From positions 1 to 36,093 of the forward strand of contig JAYZQJ010000086.1 of NCBI GenBank assembly GCA_036149055.1: DNA of 36,093 nt, given 5' to 3'. The translations under genes and the position numbers were made by a program. The DNA is from Myxococcota bacterium. Its GTDB lineage: Bacteria > Myxococcota_A > Polyangia > Polyangiales > Sandaracinaceae. The notes under the pieces were generated by a model. That model was not told the DNA's origin. It saw only the letters and a program-made list of their open reading frames with translations, and made no database searches. Shown piece by piece: positions 1 to 10,795 of the stretch. How positions within the stretch are numbered: the first letter of the stretch is position 1; the number at the start of each line of letters is the position of its first letter.

Positions 1-53
1 CGACCGCGCGCTTCATGTCGCGGTCGAGCGGCTGGGGGAGCCAGCTGCAGAGC

Positions 54-425
54 TCAGCCACGCTCTCGATCCATCCCGAAGACGACGAACGTGAGGTTCG
101 GCACCTTCTTGCGGTGGATCGCGTGGGCGATCTCGGTGCGGAGCCGGCCCAGCTCCTGGACGAGGCGACGCTGCACCTCGTCCGGATCGCCCGGCGCCTC
201 GACCTGAACCGCGAGGCGGCTCTGATCGGGGGCCGGGACGACGTCGAGCACGAACACGCTCAGCAGCGTGTCGTCGGTGGTGTCGGCCAGGGCGAAGCTC
301 AGCGTCTCGCGCACCTGCGCGCAGAGCTGGGCCTCCTTGATGCTGGCGCGGCGGTCCGCGCTGGCGGAGAACAGATCATCGGGTCCGGGGAGCGCGTCGC
401 GCCCCCGCTTTCGTCGTTTGCTCAC
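54..425 (-). CDS. Ribosome-binding factor A (RbfA)-like paralog
   Basis: 123-aa ORF with RbfA-like layout (QLCAQVRETLS...VLDVVPAPDQSRLAV...GRLRTEIAHAIHRKKVPNLTF, matching the RbfA C-terminal 'R..P.L.F' signature). It has a basic N-terminal extension, and infB is absent upstream, so it is probably a second copy. Confidence 0.75.
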   Translation of the reverse strand: MSKRRKRGRDALPGPDDLFSASADRRASIKEAQLCAQVRETLSFALADTTDDTLLSVFVLDVVPAPDQSRLAVQVEAPGDPDEVQRRLVQELGRLRTEIAHAIHRKKVPNLTFVVFGMDRERG

Positions 426-528
426 GGGATCTCTCTGCGAAGAATGGGTCGCACGTGGTCACACCGACGGGCTCACGTAGGCGCGAGCGTCGGGGTGGGC
501 GATGGAGAGCGATCCGCGGGACGCGCGG

Positions 529-573
529 TCAGCGCGTGGGCGGAAGGCTCGGGCTGGTCGCAGAGAGCAGCAT
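529..573 (-). CDS. Putative leader peptide (uORF) MLLSATSPSLPPTR upstream of the RbfA paralog
   Basis: Minus-strand GGAGG (584-580), 6-nt spacer, ATG (573-571) and TGA (531-529). Lies about 100 nt upstream of the RbfA-like GTG. Confidence 0.45.
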   Translation of the reverse strand: MLLSATSPSLPPTR

Positions 574-687
574 CGGGAGCCTCCAGATCGCCGACTCTGA
601 CGCCTCGCGGCGGCGATGACAAGGGTCACCTTCGATCGACGCCGCTTCGTCCGTTCGCTTCCCTGCGACGGTGTTAGGGTGAGGCAG

Positions 688-1505
688 ATGTCGCGATGGG
701 GCTCGGCGTTGATGTTCTGCGTGCTCGCCCTCTCCTCGGCCTCGGTGCGCGCGCAGCCCTCCCTCGAGCAGGCTCCGCTCGACGAGGCCGAGCGGCTGAT
801 CGTGGAGGAGGCGAGCTTCGAGGCCGCGCTCGACCAGCTGGCCGTCGTCGCGCGCGAAGGCGAGCTGGACCGTGAGGGCGCCGTCCGGCTGCTCGCGCTC
901 CGGGCGGTGGTCGAGCTCGCGCTCGAGCGAGGCGACGCGGCGGGCCGCTCGCTCCGGCAGCTCCACCAGCTCGACCCCGCGCACGCCTTCCCTCGCTGGG
1001 TGCCCCCCCGCGTCCGCGACGCCTTCGCCGCCGTGGCCGAGGCGCCGCCCCCTGCCCTCGGGGTGAGCGCGGTCGCCGGACACGAGGGCGAGGTCGTCCA
1101 GGTGGTCGTGGCGGTCGAGGGAGACGCGCACGGCCTGGTGGAGCGGGTCCGCATCCACGCGCGGCCGCCCGAGGGCGAGTGGGTGACCCACCTCGGCCAC
1201 ACGCTCGAGGTCCGCGCGGAGGCGCTCTCCTACTACGTCGAGGTCCTCGGCCCGGGCGGCGCCGTGCTCGTCGCCGACGGCTCGCGCGAGGCCCCGCGCC
1301 GGGTGCTGCCGCCCGCGGTGCCGGCCCCCGAGGTCCTCGAGATCACCTCGGCTCCGCCTCCGCCGGAGGGCTCGGACGACGCGCTCGTCTGGGGCCTGGT
1401 CGGCGGCGGCGTGCTCGTGCTCGCGGCGGTGGTGACGGTGATCGTGGTGCTGGCCACGACCCCGCCGCCGCAGACGGACTTCGGCGCGCTCGACCCGGGG
1501 TGGCC

Positions 1506-1509
<4 letters not shown>
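688..1509 (+). CDS. Exported protein with helical (TPR-like) N-terminus and C-terminal TM anchor
   Basis: Signal-peptide-like MSRWGSALMFCVLALSSASVRA; YYVEVLGPGGAVL motif; Pro-rich linker; TM LVWGLVGGGVLVLAAVVTVIVVL. Stop overlaps the next start (GTGA). Confidence 0.7.
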
Positions 1510-3152
<1,643 letters not shown>

Positions 3153-5177
3153 CCGAACCCCGGGGGCGCGCCGTCGGGTGGGCCGACCTCCACCAGGAGG
3201 ATCGTCGGCAGCGAGTCGGCGCGGGCGCCTCCGTAGACACGCACGACTCCCTGCCCGCCAGCCGCGTCGGGGGCGCCGATCGCCAGGTCCCGCCCGTTCT
3301 CGCCGCGGAAGTCGCCCACGCTCGCGACCGCGACGCCGAAGCCCGCGCCTCGCTCGGCGGGGGGCAGCTGGTAATCGGTCACGGCCCCGATCCCCTCGGC
3401 CTCCCCGGGCGCCGTCGCCATGAGCACCGCGCGCCCCGTGCCCGCCCCGGGCGCGCCGAGCAGGACGTCGCCGCGCCCGTCGAAGTCGGCGTCCGCGCCG
3501 ATCGTCAGCGCCGCGCCGGCGCGCGCGCCGCCCACGTCCACCGGCGGCGGGAGGAAGACCACCGACGGATCCCCCGGCCCGCCGCGCACCAGCCCCAGCC
3601 GCCCGACGTCCTCCACGTCGGCCGAGTCGTATTCGGGCTCCGACACCACGAGGTCACCGAAGCCGTCGCCGTCGACGTCGCCCGCGTAGACCACCGCGAG
3701 CCCGAAGCCGGCGCCGGGCGAGCGCTCCGAGGCCTCGATGGGCGTGCCGCCGGTCCTCGGCTCACGGACGAAGGGCCCCCGGAACAGATGCAGCCGCTCC
3801 TCGCCCGGCGACGCGATCACGACGTCGACGTGGCCGTCGGCGTCGAAGTCGCCCGCGGTGTCGAGCGCCGCGCCCGCGCGCGCCGAGGCGCCCTGCCCTT
3901 CGATCGTGAGGGGCGTGGGCGGCGCGAGCGCCGCGCGAGCGCCGCCCCAGAGCACGTACGCGCGCCCGCCGCCGGCCTCCTCGGGCGCGCCGATCAGGAC
4001 GTCGACGTGGCCATCGAGATCGAGGTCGCCCGCCACCGCGACCGCCGCCCCGAAGCGGCTCCCGGCCGGGCCCTCCACCACCGCGGGGTCACGGCCGCCG
4101 AAGCCACGCTCGGCGCCGAACCATGCGTAGACCCGGTCGAGGCCCGGCGCGCCGACCACGAGATCCGCGAAGCCGTCCGCGTCGACGTCGGCGACCGCGA
4201 TCGACGCGCCGTAGCCGTCACCGGGCGCCGAGTCGGGAGACGGCACCTCGAAGACGCCGACCGCGGTGCCCATCGGGTCGGAGAAGCGGACGAACACCGA
4301 GCCCGCGCGCGCCGCGTCCCCCCGCGCGCCGACCGACAGATCGCCGAGCCCGTTCCCGTCGAGGTCGCACCAGGTCCGGCCCACCTCGACGTACCACCAG
4401 GCCGAGTACGGCGAGCAGCCCGCGGCGTTGCAGGCCCGGACCCGCCAGTAGTAGCGCAGCCCCACCGGCTCCATCGTGCCCGAGGGGAGCCCGGCGCTCG
4501 GGGTGTAGGCCGGATCGATCGTCTGGAAGGGCAGCGAGTCGACCTCGCAGCTGGAGATCGCGCCAGGCTCGCATTCGGTGGTGAGCTGGATCTCGTAGCT
4601 GGCCGTCGACGCGACGCGCGTCCATCGGAAGGTCGGCCGGTCGTGCTGCACGGTCCGGACGCTCCCCGAGTGCGCGCCCGGGAGCGGCGAGAGCGGCGTG
4701 GGCGCCGCCGGGACGTCGGTGATGCCGGCGTCGCCCAGGGGCATGCAGCGCCCCTCGTCGCACAGGCCGCTGCAGAACGACGTGGGCGTGACCCGATCCT
4801 CGGCGCGCAGGCGCAGCTCGAGCGGCTCGGAGGCCTGCCGCGGCAGGCGCTCCTCGACGCAGCGATCCATGAAGTGGCGGCAGCCGTCGTCGCCCGCGCG
4901 CACCCGGAAGCCGTACAGGCCGGGCTCGAGCGGCGCCGGATCGGGGCCCGTCTCCCCGCGCGCCACCTCGGCCGAGAAGACGACCGCGCCCCCGCAGCCG
5001 CCCTCGTGAATGTCCACCTGGAGCGAGCGCGCCTGCTCCCGGTCGGTCGGGTCGTCGTAGGCGACACGCCACGCGTCCGCGCGCCGGTCCGTGCAGCCGC
5101 CCTGCACGGCGGCCACGACGATCAGGAGCGGAGCGGCGAGACGGCAGACCACGCGGGCTGATCATACGGACGCGGGC

Positions 5178-5771
5178 TCAGCGGATCGAGACCCTCTCGA
5201 TGGCCGTGAGCCCGGGGAACTCGGCGTCGAGGTAGGCGTTGCCTTCCGTCTGGATGCGCGGCTGCTGCGGCCGCTCCCCGTGCTCCGCGTTGATCGCGTC
5301 GACCACGTCCATCCCCTCGATGACCTCGCCGAACGGCGCGAAGCCCATCGAGTCCAGGGCGGAGTTGTCCGCGTAGTTGAGGAAGAGCTGGGTCGTGCGG
5401 GTGTTCGGCCCCGCGGTCGCGAAGGTGAGGCGGCCGCGCGTGTTCTCGGCCATGACCGGGTCGTCGGCGATGGTGCGGTCGCGCCAGGTGGCGTTGGTCG
5501 CCGGATCGCCCGAGAGCCCGAACTGAGCCACGAACCCGGGGATCACGCGGAAGAACCGGGTGTCGTCGTAGAAGCCGGCCTCCACCAGCTCCCGGAACCG
5601 GGCCGCCCCCCGCGGCGCCCACTCCGGGTGGACCTCCACCGCGAAGGTCCCCGCGCTGGTCTCGAAGTCCACCACGAACGTGTCGGCCGCCGGACCGGCG
5701 TCGCCGGCGGGCGGGTCGCCTCCGTCGCAAGCGACGAGGCAGAGAGCGAGCATGAAGGCGAAGCGACGCAT
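5178..5771 (-). CDS. Cyclophilin-type peptidyl-prolyl cis-trans isomerase (lipoprotein)
   Basis: FYDDTRFFRVIPGFVAQFG, TFATAGPNTRTTQLFLN, FAPFGEVIEGMDVVD; lipobox LVAC. Start chosen at ATG 5771. Confidence 0.93.
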   Translation of the reverse strand: MRRFAFMLALCLVACDGGDPPAGDAGPAADTFVVDFETSAGTFAVEVHPEWAPRGAARFRELVEAGFYDDTRFFRVIPGFVAQFGLSGDPATNATWRDRTIADDPVMAENTRGRLTFATAGPNTRTTQLFLNYADNSALDSMGFAPFGEVIEGMDVVDAINAEHGERPQQPRIQTEGNAYLDAEFPGLTAIERVSIR

Positions 5772-5829
5772 CCGCGAACCGTAGCAGGGCCCGAAGGAAG
5801 CAGCCCCCGCGTCCGACGACGGCCACACC

Positions 5830-6049
5830 GGACACGAGACGTGCGCAATCGTCGTGTCCACTCTAGCATCGGTGCATGCGCCGCCACGTCAGCTCGCTCG
5901 CCTTGCTGCTCTGCGCCGGGTGCTTCAACGCGCACCCGATCGACGAAGGCAGCTCCGGGACGCGGCTCGAGCTGATCGCGTGGGAGCCCGAGGACGGGAC
6001 CGGGATCCACGCGACCTCGTTCTTCGATCGCGAGCTCGGGGTCGAGTGC
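5830..6049 (+). repeat. Direct repeat copy 1 (220 bp: promoter plus first 58 codons)
   Basis: Aligns without gaps to 7261-7480. By-eye count: 7 mismatches in the 46 upstream bases and 5 in the 174 coding bases. Confidence 0.92.
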
Positions 6050-7255
6050 CGCTACAGTGCGGAGACGGCGACGGGACGATATCGCTGCCGGCCCCGGCCG
6101 ATGACACAGCTCCTCTTCCTCGACTCCGGGTGCCGCGAGACGGTGACGCCTTCCTGCCTCGCGGAGGCGCACGCCATGGTGAGCGCCTGGCGGCGCGCCG
6201 GACCGAGCCCGGGGTGCGGCGTCCCCGCCCCACACTACGTGGCCAGCTACCGAGTCGGCGAGAGCGTCACGGCGGCGCGCACGTGGCGGCTGGGCATCGA
6301 CGGAGCCTGCGAGGAGACCGACGGTTCGTTCACCGATCTCGTCCGGCTCTCGGAGCTTCCCGACGAGATGTTCGTCGCGGCCGAAGAGAGCGTCCGCCCA
6401 CGCGACGACGACGAACGCCTCGGAGACTGGATCGTGACCGGAGAAGATGGCTCCGAGTGGCGCCTGGGAGACTACGATCACGAGCTGGGGGCGGCGTGCT
6501 TCGGGGTGCTGGGAACCGGCCCCATCCCTTGCATCGTGGGCGTCTCGAGCCCTCGGGTCGTGTCCGGCTCGTGCGGAGAGCTCTATGGCTGGATCGCGTC
6601 AGGGACCTCGGAGTGTCCGGCGAGGCCTCCCACGCTGTTCCATCGCGCCGACGACGGTTCCTGCGGAGGGCCGGGAGAGGTGCACGTCTTCCGCGCGAGC
6701 GCGCCGCTCTCGGCCGACGAAGCGGAGGCATGCATCGCCGAGCCGCGGCCGCCCGGCTCCTACGTGACCTTGAACCCCGCGGACGACGCGGTCGCGTGGC
6801 TCCCGAACGAGGCGCGGGGAACCGGGCGACTGCGGGCGTTCGCGGGCCGGCCTTCCTCCGTCACGTACCTCAGTCGCTTCGGGCTGTACCTCGACACCGA
6901 GCTGAACATCGAGTGCAACCCCGACGCGCTCCACGGGGTGATGCGCTGCCTCCCCTCGGCAGCCGTCGGCACGTCGTATCTCTACGAGGATCCCGGCTGC
7001 ACACTCCCCGCCGTCTACCTCCATGAGGAGACCGGGTGCTCCCGCTTCGCGTATGCACTGCAGGACGAGGACGACGGAGACACGTGCACCGACTACCAAG
7101 CCCGGCAGTACTACCGCGTCGGTTCACGCCTCGAGCGAGCCTACGAGGCGTCGAGTGGCGGCTGCGAAGAGTGGGTTCCGCCCTCGCCGGAAGCGTACGC
7201 CGCGCGCCTCGAGGCGGTCCCCGACGAGACCTTCGCCCGTTTTCGACGCCGGTGA
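5876..7255 (+). CDS. Cys-rich putative lipoprotein with three internal repeats (paralog A)
   Basis: Signal/lipobox LLLCAGC; recurring D.ELG..C...C.P and PD..F motifs; paralog of 7307-8704. Confidence 0.85.
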   Translation: MRRHVSSLALLLCAGCFNAHPIDEGSSGTRLELIAWEPEDGTGIHATSFFDRELGVECRYSAETATGRYRCRPRPMTQLLFLDSGCRETVTPSCLAEAHAMVSAWRRAGPSPGCGVPAPHYVASYRVGESVTAARTWRLGIDGACEETDGSFTDLVRLSELPDEMFVAAEESVRPRDDDERLGDWIVTGEDGSEWRLGDYDHELGAACFGVLGTGPIPCIVGVSSPRVVSGSCGELYGWIASGTSECPARPPTLFHRADDGSCGGPGEVHVFRASAPLSADEAEACIAEPRPPGSYVTLNPADDAVAWLPNEARGTGRLRAFAGRPSSVTYLSRFGLYLDTELNIECNPDALHGVMRCLPSAAVGTSYLYEDPGCTLPAVYLHEETGCSRFAYALQDEDDGDTCTDYQARQYYRVGSRLERAYEASSGGCEEWVPPSPEAYAARLEAVPDETFARFRRR

Positions 7256-7260
7256 GCCCG

Positions 7261-7480
7261 GGACACGAAACGTGCGCAATCGTCGTGGCTGCCCTAGCAT
7301 CGAGGCATGCGCCGCCACGTCAGCTCGTTCGCCTTGCTGCTCTGCACCGGGTGCTTCAACACGCACCCGATCGACGAGGGCAGCTCCGGGACGCGACTCG
7401 AGCTGATCGCGTGGGAGCCCGAGGACGGGACCGGGATCCACGCGACCTCGTTCTTCGATCGCGAGCTCGGGGTCGAGTGC
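7261..7480 (+). repeat. Direct repeat copy 2
   Basis: GGACACGAAACGTGCGCAATCGTCGTG...GAGCTCGGGGTCGAGTGC matches 5830-6049. Confidence 0.92.
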
Positions 7481-8704
7481 GTCTGGTGGTACGACCTCGA
7501 CGCCGAAACGTGGCGATGCCTGCCGCGCCCGTCCGGGCGGCTCGTGTTCCTCGACGCCGACTGCGGTCAGGCCGCGGCTCACGGCTGCGCGGCGGGAGAC
7601 GCCCCGTTCTTCACCGGTCGCCGGTTCGAAGCCCGCACGAACGAGTGCGGGGGCTCCTTCGGGTATGCGCCTTCGCTCCCCTTCCGGACCGGAGCGCGGC
7701 GAACGGTGGACCGCGTCTTCGAGCGCGATCCCGAGGGCGAATGCGTGGCGGGCGCGACCGGTCCCCTGGAGGTGGTCGAGCTGGAGCCGATGCCGAACGA
7801 CGCCTTCGTGAGTGGCGCGCCACGGCCGAGGCCGCGGGACGGCGATGACCGCATCGGAGAGGTCGTGCTCGCCGGGGACGACGGCTCGGAGCTCTGGATG
7901 GGCCACTACGATCACGAGCGGGGCGCCGCTTGTGCCATGCTCATTGCCTCCGGCCGCTTCCCATGCGTCCCTGAGACCTCGGGCAACACCACGGGCCCCA
8001 CGCGCTGCGGCGAAGCGTTCGGCGTGACGTACGAAGCGCGCCCGGAGTGCGGGCGCGAGCCTCCGCAGCTCGCCGTCGAGACCGAGTACGACGCCTGCGG
8101 CCGCGCGGTCGACGCGCGCGTCTACCGACACGGCGCGCGTCTCTCCGAGGCTAGAGTCGAGGCCTGCATCGACCGGCCCACCGAGCACATCTACACCGAG
8201 CTGATCGATGCGACCGACGAGGTCGCCTGGCTCGAGAACGAGGCCGAGGGCACGGGGCGCCTCCGCGCGCTCCCGGACCGCCCGCGCTACGTCGAGTCTT
8301 GGAGCCTGGGAACCCTGGGCAGCCACTTCGACACCGAGCTCGGCGAGGAGTGCAGCCCCGTGGTGGTGAACGGCGTGATGCGCTGCCTCCCGGTGCTCGC
8401 GCGCGCGATGGATGAAGACGACCTCTTCGCCGACGCGGCGTGCAGCGAGCCGGCGCTCGGCGCCCGAGACGCCTCGTGCAGCGCCTGGACGTACGTCGCG
8501 CGCTCCGACACCGACGGGCCGTGCCTCGACTGGTCGGGTCGCGACTACTACCGCATCGGCGAGCGCCTCGACGTCGCCTATCGTCGCGATGACACGGGGG
8601 CCTGCGTGGTCTGGGAGGCGGACGGGCCGGGCGAGCGCGACCACGGCGCGTTCCGGGTGGCGCCGGTGCCCGACGACACCTTCGTCGCGTTCCGCCGGCT
8701 CTGA
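7307..8704 (+). CDS. Cys-rich putative lipoprotein with three internal repeats (paralog B)
   Basis: First 58 codons almost identical to paralog A; same repeat motifs (FFDRELGVEC, YDHERGAAC, FDTELGEEC). Confidence 0.85.
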   Translation: MRRHVSSFALLLCTGCFNTHPIDEGSSGTRLELIAWEPEDGTGIHATSFFDRELGVECVWWYDLDAETWRCLPRPSGRLVFLDADCGQAAAHGCAAGDAPFFTGRRFEARTNECGGSFGYAPSLPFRTGARRTVDRVFERDPEGECVAGATGPLEVVELEPMPNDAFVSGAPRPRPRDGDDRIGEVVLAGDDGSELWMGHYDHERGAACAMLIASGRFPCVPETSGNTTGPTRCGEAFGVTYEARPECGREPPQLAVETEYDACGRAVDARVYRHGARLSEARVEACIDRPTEHIYTELIDATDEVAWLENEAEGTGRLRALPDRPRYVESWSLGTLGSHFDTELGEECSPVVVNGVMRCLPVLARAMDEDDLFADAACSEPALGARDASCSAWTYVARSDTDGPCLDWSGRDYYRIGERLDVAYRRDDTGACVVWEADGPGERDHGAFRVAPVPDDTFVAFRRL

Positions 8705-8740
8705 AGGTGCTGGGCGCATGCCCCTCCGGAGGCCGAGCCG

Positions 8741-9658
8741 TCAGCGAAACGCGCCGCCGCCGCCGCCGCGCGGCGCGCCGAGCGCCTCGAGCAACCGGAC
8801 GGCCGCCCGCGCCTCGTCGTCGGACGGCGCGCCCGGCCAGATGACCTCGACGACTTCACCGTCGCCCCGGAGCGCGGCGTCTCCGAGCCCCTCGGTCTGC
8901 GGGGTGCGCGCCGGATCACACAGCCCGGGCGGCAGCGCGGAGAGCGCGTCGGCGTCGAGCCGGAGCCGGAACGGCGCGCACGGGACCCGCGCGGGCACGG
9001 ACGCGACGAAGGCCCAGACGCCATCGCGCTCCTCGATGGCGAGCCACACCTGGATGGCGCCGCGCTGCACGCGGAGCTGGCCGGCGTCGAGGCGGCCATC
9101 GAGCGCGTCCGCCAGCCGCGTCAGCTCCGAGAGCCCGCGCCCGGCCATGCGCTGCGCGAGCTCGACCGCCTCGACCAGCACGCCCGCCTCGTCTTCGTTC
9201 AACGGCCACGACAGCTCCAGCTCGCGGCCGTTCGCGCGCACGGTGAGCAGCCGCGGGAAGGCAGCAATCCGCTCCCGCGCCTCGTCGTCGAGGACCGTCG
9301 CCGCCTGCGCGGTGTCGTCGGCCCAGAAGCCCGCCGGGAGGTCCTTGCCGTTGCCGAGCATGCGCCAGCGCAGCTCGAAGCGCGGGCCGTGGCCGAGCGC
9401 GTAGCGACACCGGACCGTCGTCGAGACGACCTTGGAGCTCACGCTCGCGACGGCGCGCGACTCCCCGGGCGCGATCAGCCGGAGCACCCGGACTCCGGCC
9501 CGGTCCAGCACCTCCAGCTCACCGCCGAGGCGGGCGGCGGCGTCGTTCCAGGCGCGCTCGAGCGCGGCCAGCGCCGCGTCGCCTCGGAGGACGGATCGCC
9601 CGATGAGGCCGCCGAACAGGCCGATGACCCCCAGGACGAGCAAGAACATCATCTCCAC
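8741..9658 (-). CDS. Hypothetical membrane-anchored protein
   Basis: N-terminal TM (MMFLLVLGVIGLFGGLIG); typical codon usage; GTG 9658 preceded by TACACT-N6. Alternative start ATG 9652. Confidence 0.7.
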   Translation of the reverse strand: MEMMFLLVLGVIGLFGGLIGRSVLRGDAALAALERAWNDAAARLGGELEVLDRAGVRVLRLIAPGESRAVASVSSKVVSTTVRCRYALGHGPRFELRWRMLGNGKDLPAGFWADDTAQAATVLDDEARERIAAFPRLLTVRANGRELELSWPLNEDEAGVLVEAVELAQRMAGRGLSELTRLADALDGRLDAGQLRVQRGAIQVWLAIEERDGVWAFVASVPARVPCAPFRLRLDADALSALPPGLCDPARTPQTEGLGDAALRGDGEVVEVIWPGAPSDDEARAAVRLLEALGAPRGGGGGAFR

Positions 9659-9716
9659 GCGGCGAGTGTATCCTGCACGCGTGCCGACGCCGGCCACCTC
9701 TCGATCGCGGCAGACG

Positions 9717-10712
9717 ATGCGCAGCAAGCTGGTGCCGCTCGCGCTCGCGTACGCCGCGCGACGCGGGGTGGAGGTCGACGCGGTCGCGCGCGAGCTCGAC
9801 GTGCCCGAGGGGCTGCGCACGCCCGAGGCCTGGTCGATGGACGCGCCCGCGCTCCCGATCGACCGGGTGGAGGCGCTGCTCGACCGACTGGCGAACGCGC
9901 TCGGCGACCCCGGCTTCGGCGAGGCGCTGGCGCGGTCGCTGCCTCGCGGCGCGTACGGGGTCGTCGAGCTCGCGGCGCGCGCGGCCCCGACGCTGGGCGA
10001 GGCGGCCGAGCGCCTCGTTCGCTATCAGCGCGTCATCAACGACGCCGTCGTCTACGCGGTCGAGGAGGACGGCGACCACCTGATCGTCTCGCACCACGTG
10101 CCGGGCCGGCCCGACGCGGTGGGCCGCCACACCAACCGCTTCACGGTGACGCTGATCGCGCGGCTCTTCGCCGAGCTCGGCGGCGACGACGTGCGGCCGA
10201 CGGAGGTCGAGCTGGCCCACGTCGATCCGGCCCCGGACATGACCGAGCTGCCCCGCGTGCGCCACGGCGCGGGCCGCAACGCGCTCGTCTATCCCGCGGC
10301 GGTGAGGACCCGGCCGGTGAAGGCCGCCGACCCGGCGCTGCTGGAGGTGCTGGACGGCTACGCCCGGCTGCTGCTGCCCGAGGACGAGCCGAGCCCGGGC
10401 TGGAGCGGCCGCGCGACCGCGCATCTCCGCGGCGCGCTCTCCGGAGGCCCGCCGAGCCTGGCGGAGACCGCGCGACACCTCGGGACGACCGGACGTAACC
10501 TGCAGAGGCAGCTCGCCTCCGAGGGCACCAGCCACTCGGGGCTCGTCGAGGCGGTCCGGGAGGCCGAGGCGCGCCGCCTCCTGGCCGACACCGACCTCAC
10601 GCTGGGCGAGGTGACCTTCCTCCTGGGCTACTCCCACCCGCGCGCGCTCGTCCGGGCGTTCCGCCGCTGGACCGGCCAGAGCCCCCAGCGCTGGCGCCGC
10701 GCGCTCGGCTGA
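9717..10712 (+). CDS. AraC-family transcriptional regulator (N-terminal ligand-binding domain plus C-terminal HTH)
   Basis: YGVVELAARAAPTLGEAAERLVRY; C-terminal LAETARHLGTTGRNLQRQL...EVTFLLGYSHPRALVRAFRRWTGQSP. Confidence 0.92.
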   Translation: MRSKLVPLALAYAARRGVEVDAVARELDVPEGLRTPEAWSMDAPALPIDRVEALLDRLANALGDPGFGEALARSLPRGAYGVVELAARAAPTLGEAAERLVRYQRVINDAVVYAVEEDGDHLIVSHHVPGRPDAVGRHTNRFTVTLIARLFAELGGDDVRPTEVELAHVDPAPDMTELPRVRHGAGRNALVYPAAVRTRPVKAADPALLEVLDGYARLLLPEDEPSPGWSGRATAHLRGALSGGPPSLAETARHLGTTGRNLQRQLASEGTSHSGLVEAVREAEARRLLADTDLTLGEVTFLLGYSHPRALVRAFRRWTGQSPQRWRRALG

Positions 10713-10713
10713 C

Positions 10714-10748
10714 GGCACCCGCGGTCCATCTTCGTGGCACGCGCGGTC
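10714..10748 (+). promoter_or_regulatory. Tandem direct repeat GGCAC(C/G)CGCGGTC, candidate AraC operator
   Basis: Copies at 10714-10726 and 10736-10748 (12/13 identical, 22-bp period) between the AraC and SDR genes. Confidence 0.55.
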
Positions 10749-10795
10749 ACTGCGCGGGCGCCGCCCGGGATCCACGGTGGGCGCGGGAGGAAGAC

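Noticed and set aside
1..16. Possible start of a minus-strand gene (ATG at 16-14, MKRAV) running off the window
   Set aside because: Only five codons are visible, so it cannot be supported.
587..645. Mutually exclusive short stems upstream of the uORF (587-593/611-617 versus 610-615/640-645) as a riboswitch
   Set aside because: 6-7 bp GC stems arise readily by chance in this composition, and no known aptamer consensus was recognised.
5830..7480. Duplicated block as integron attC site, DGR template/variable repeat or CRISPR repeat
   Set aside because: No RYYYAAC/GTTRRRY ends, no integrase or reverse transcriptase, mismatches not restricted to adenines, repeat at the 5' rather than 3' end, and only two copies.
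10735..10749. TGGCACG as a sigma54 promoter for the SDR
   Set aside because: No GC at the -12 position; better explained as half of the AraC-type direct repeat.
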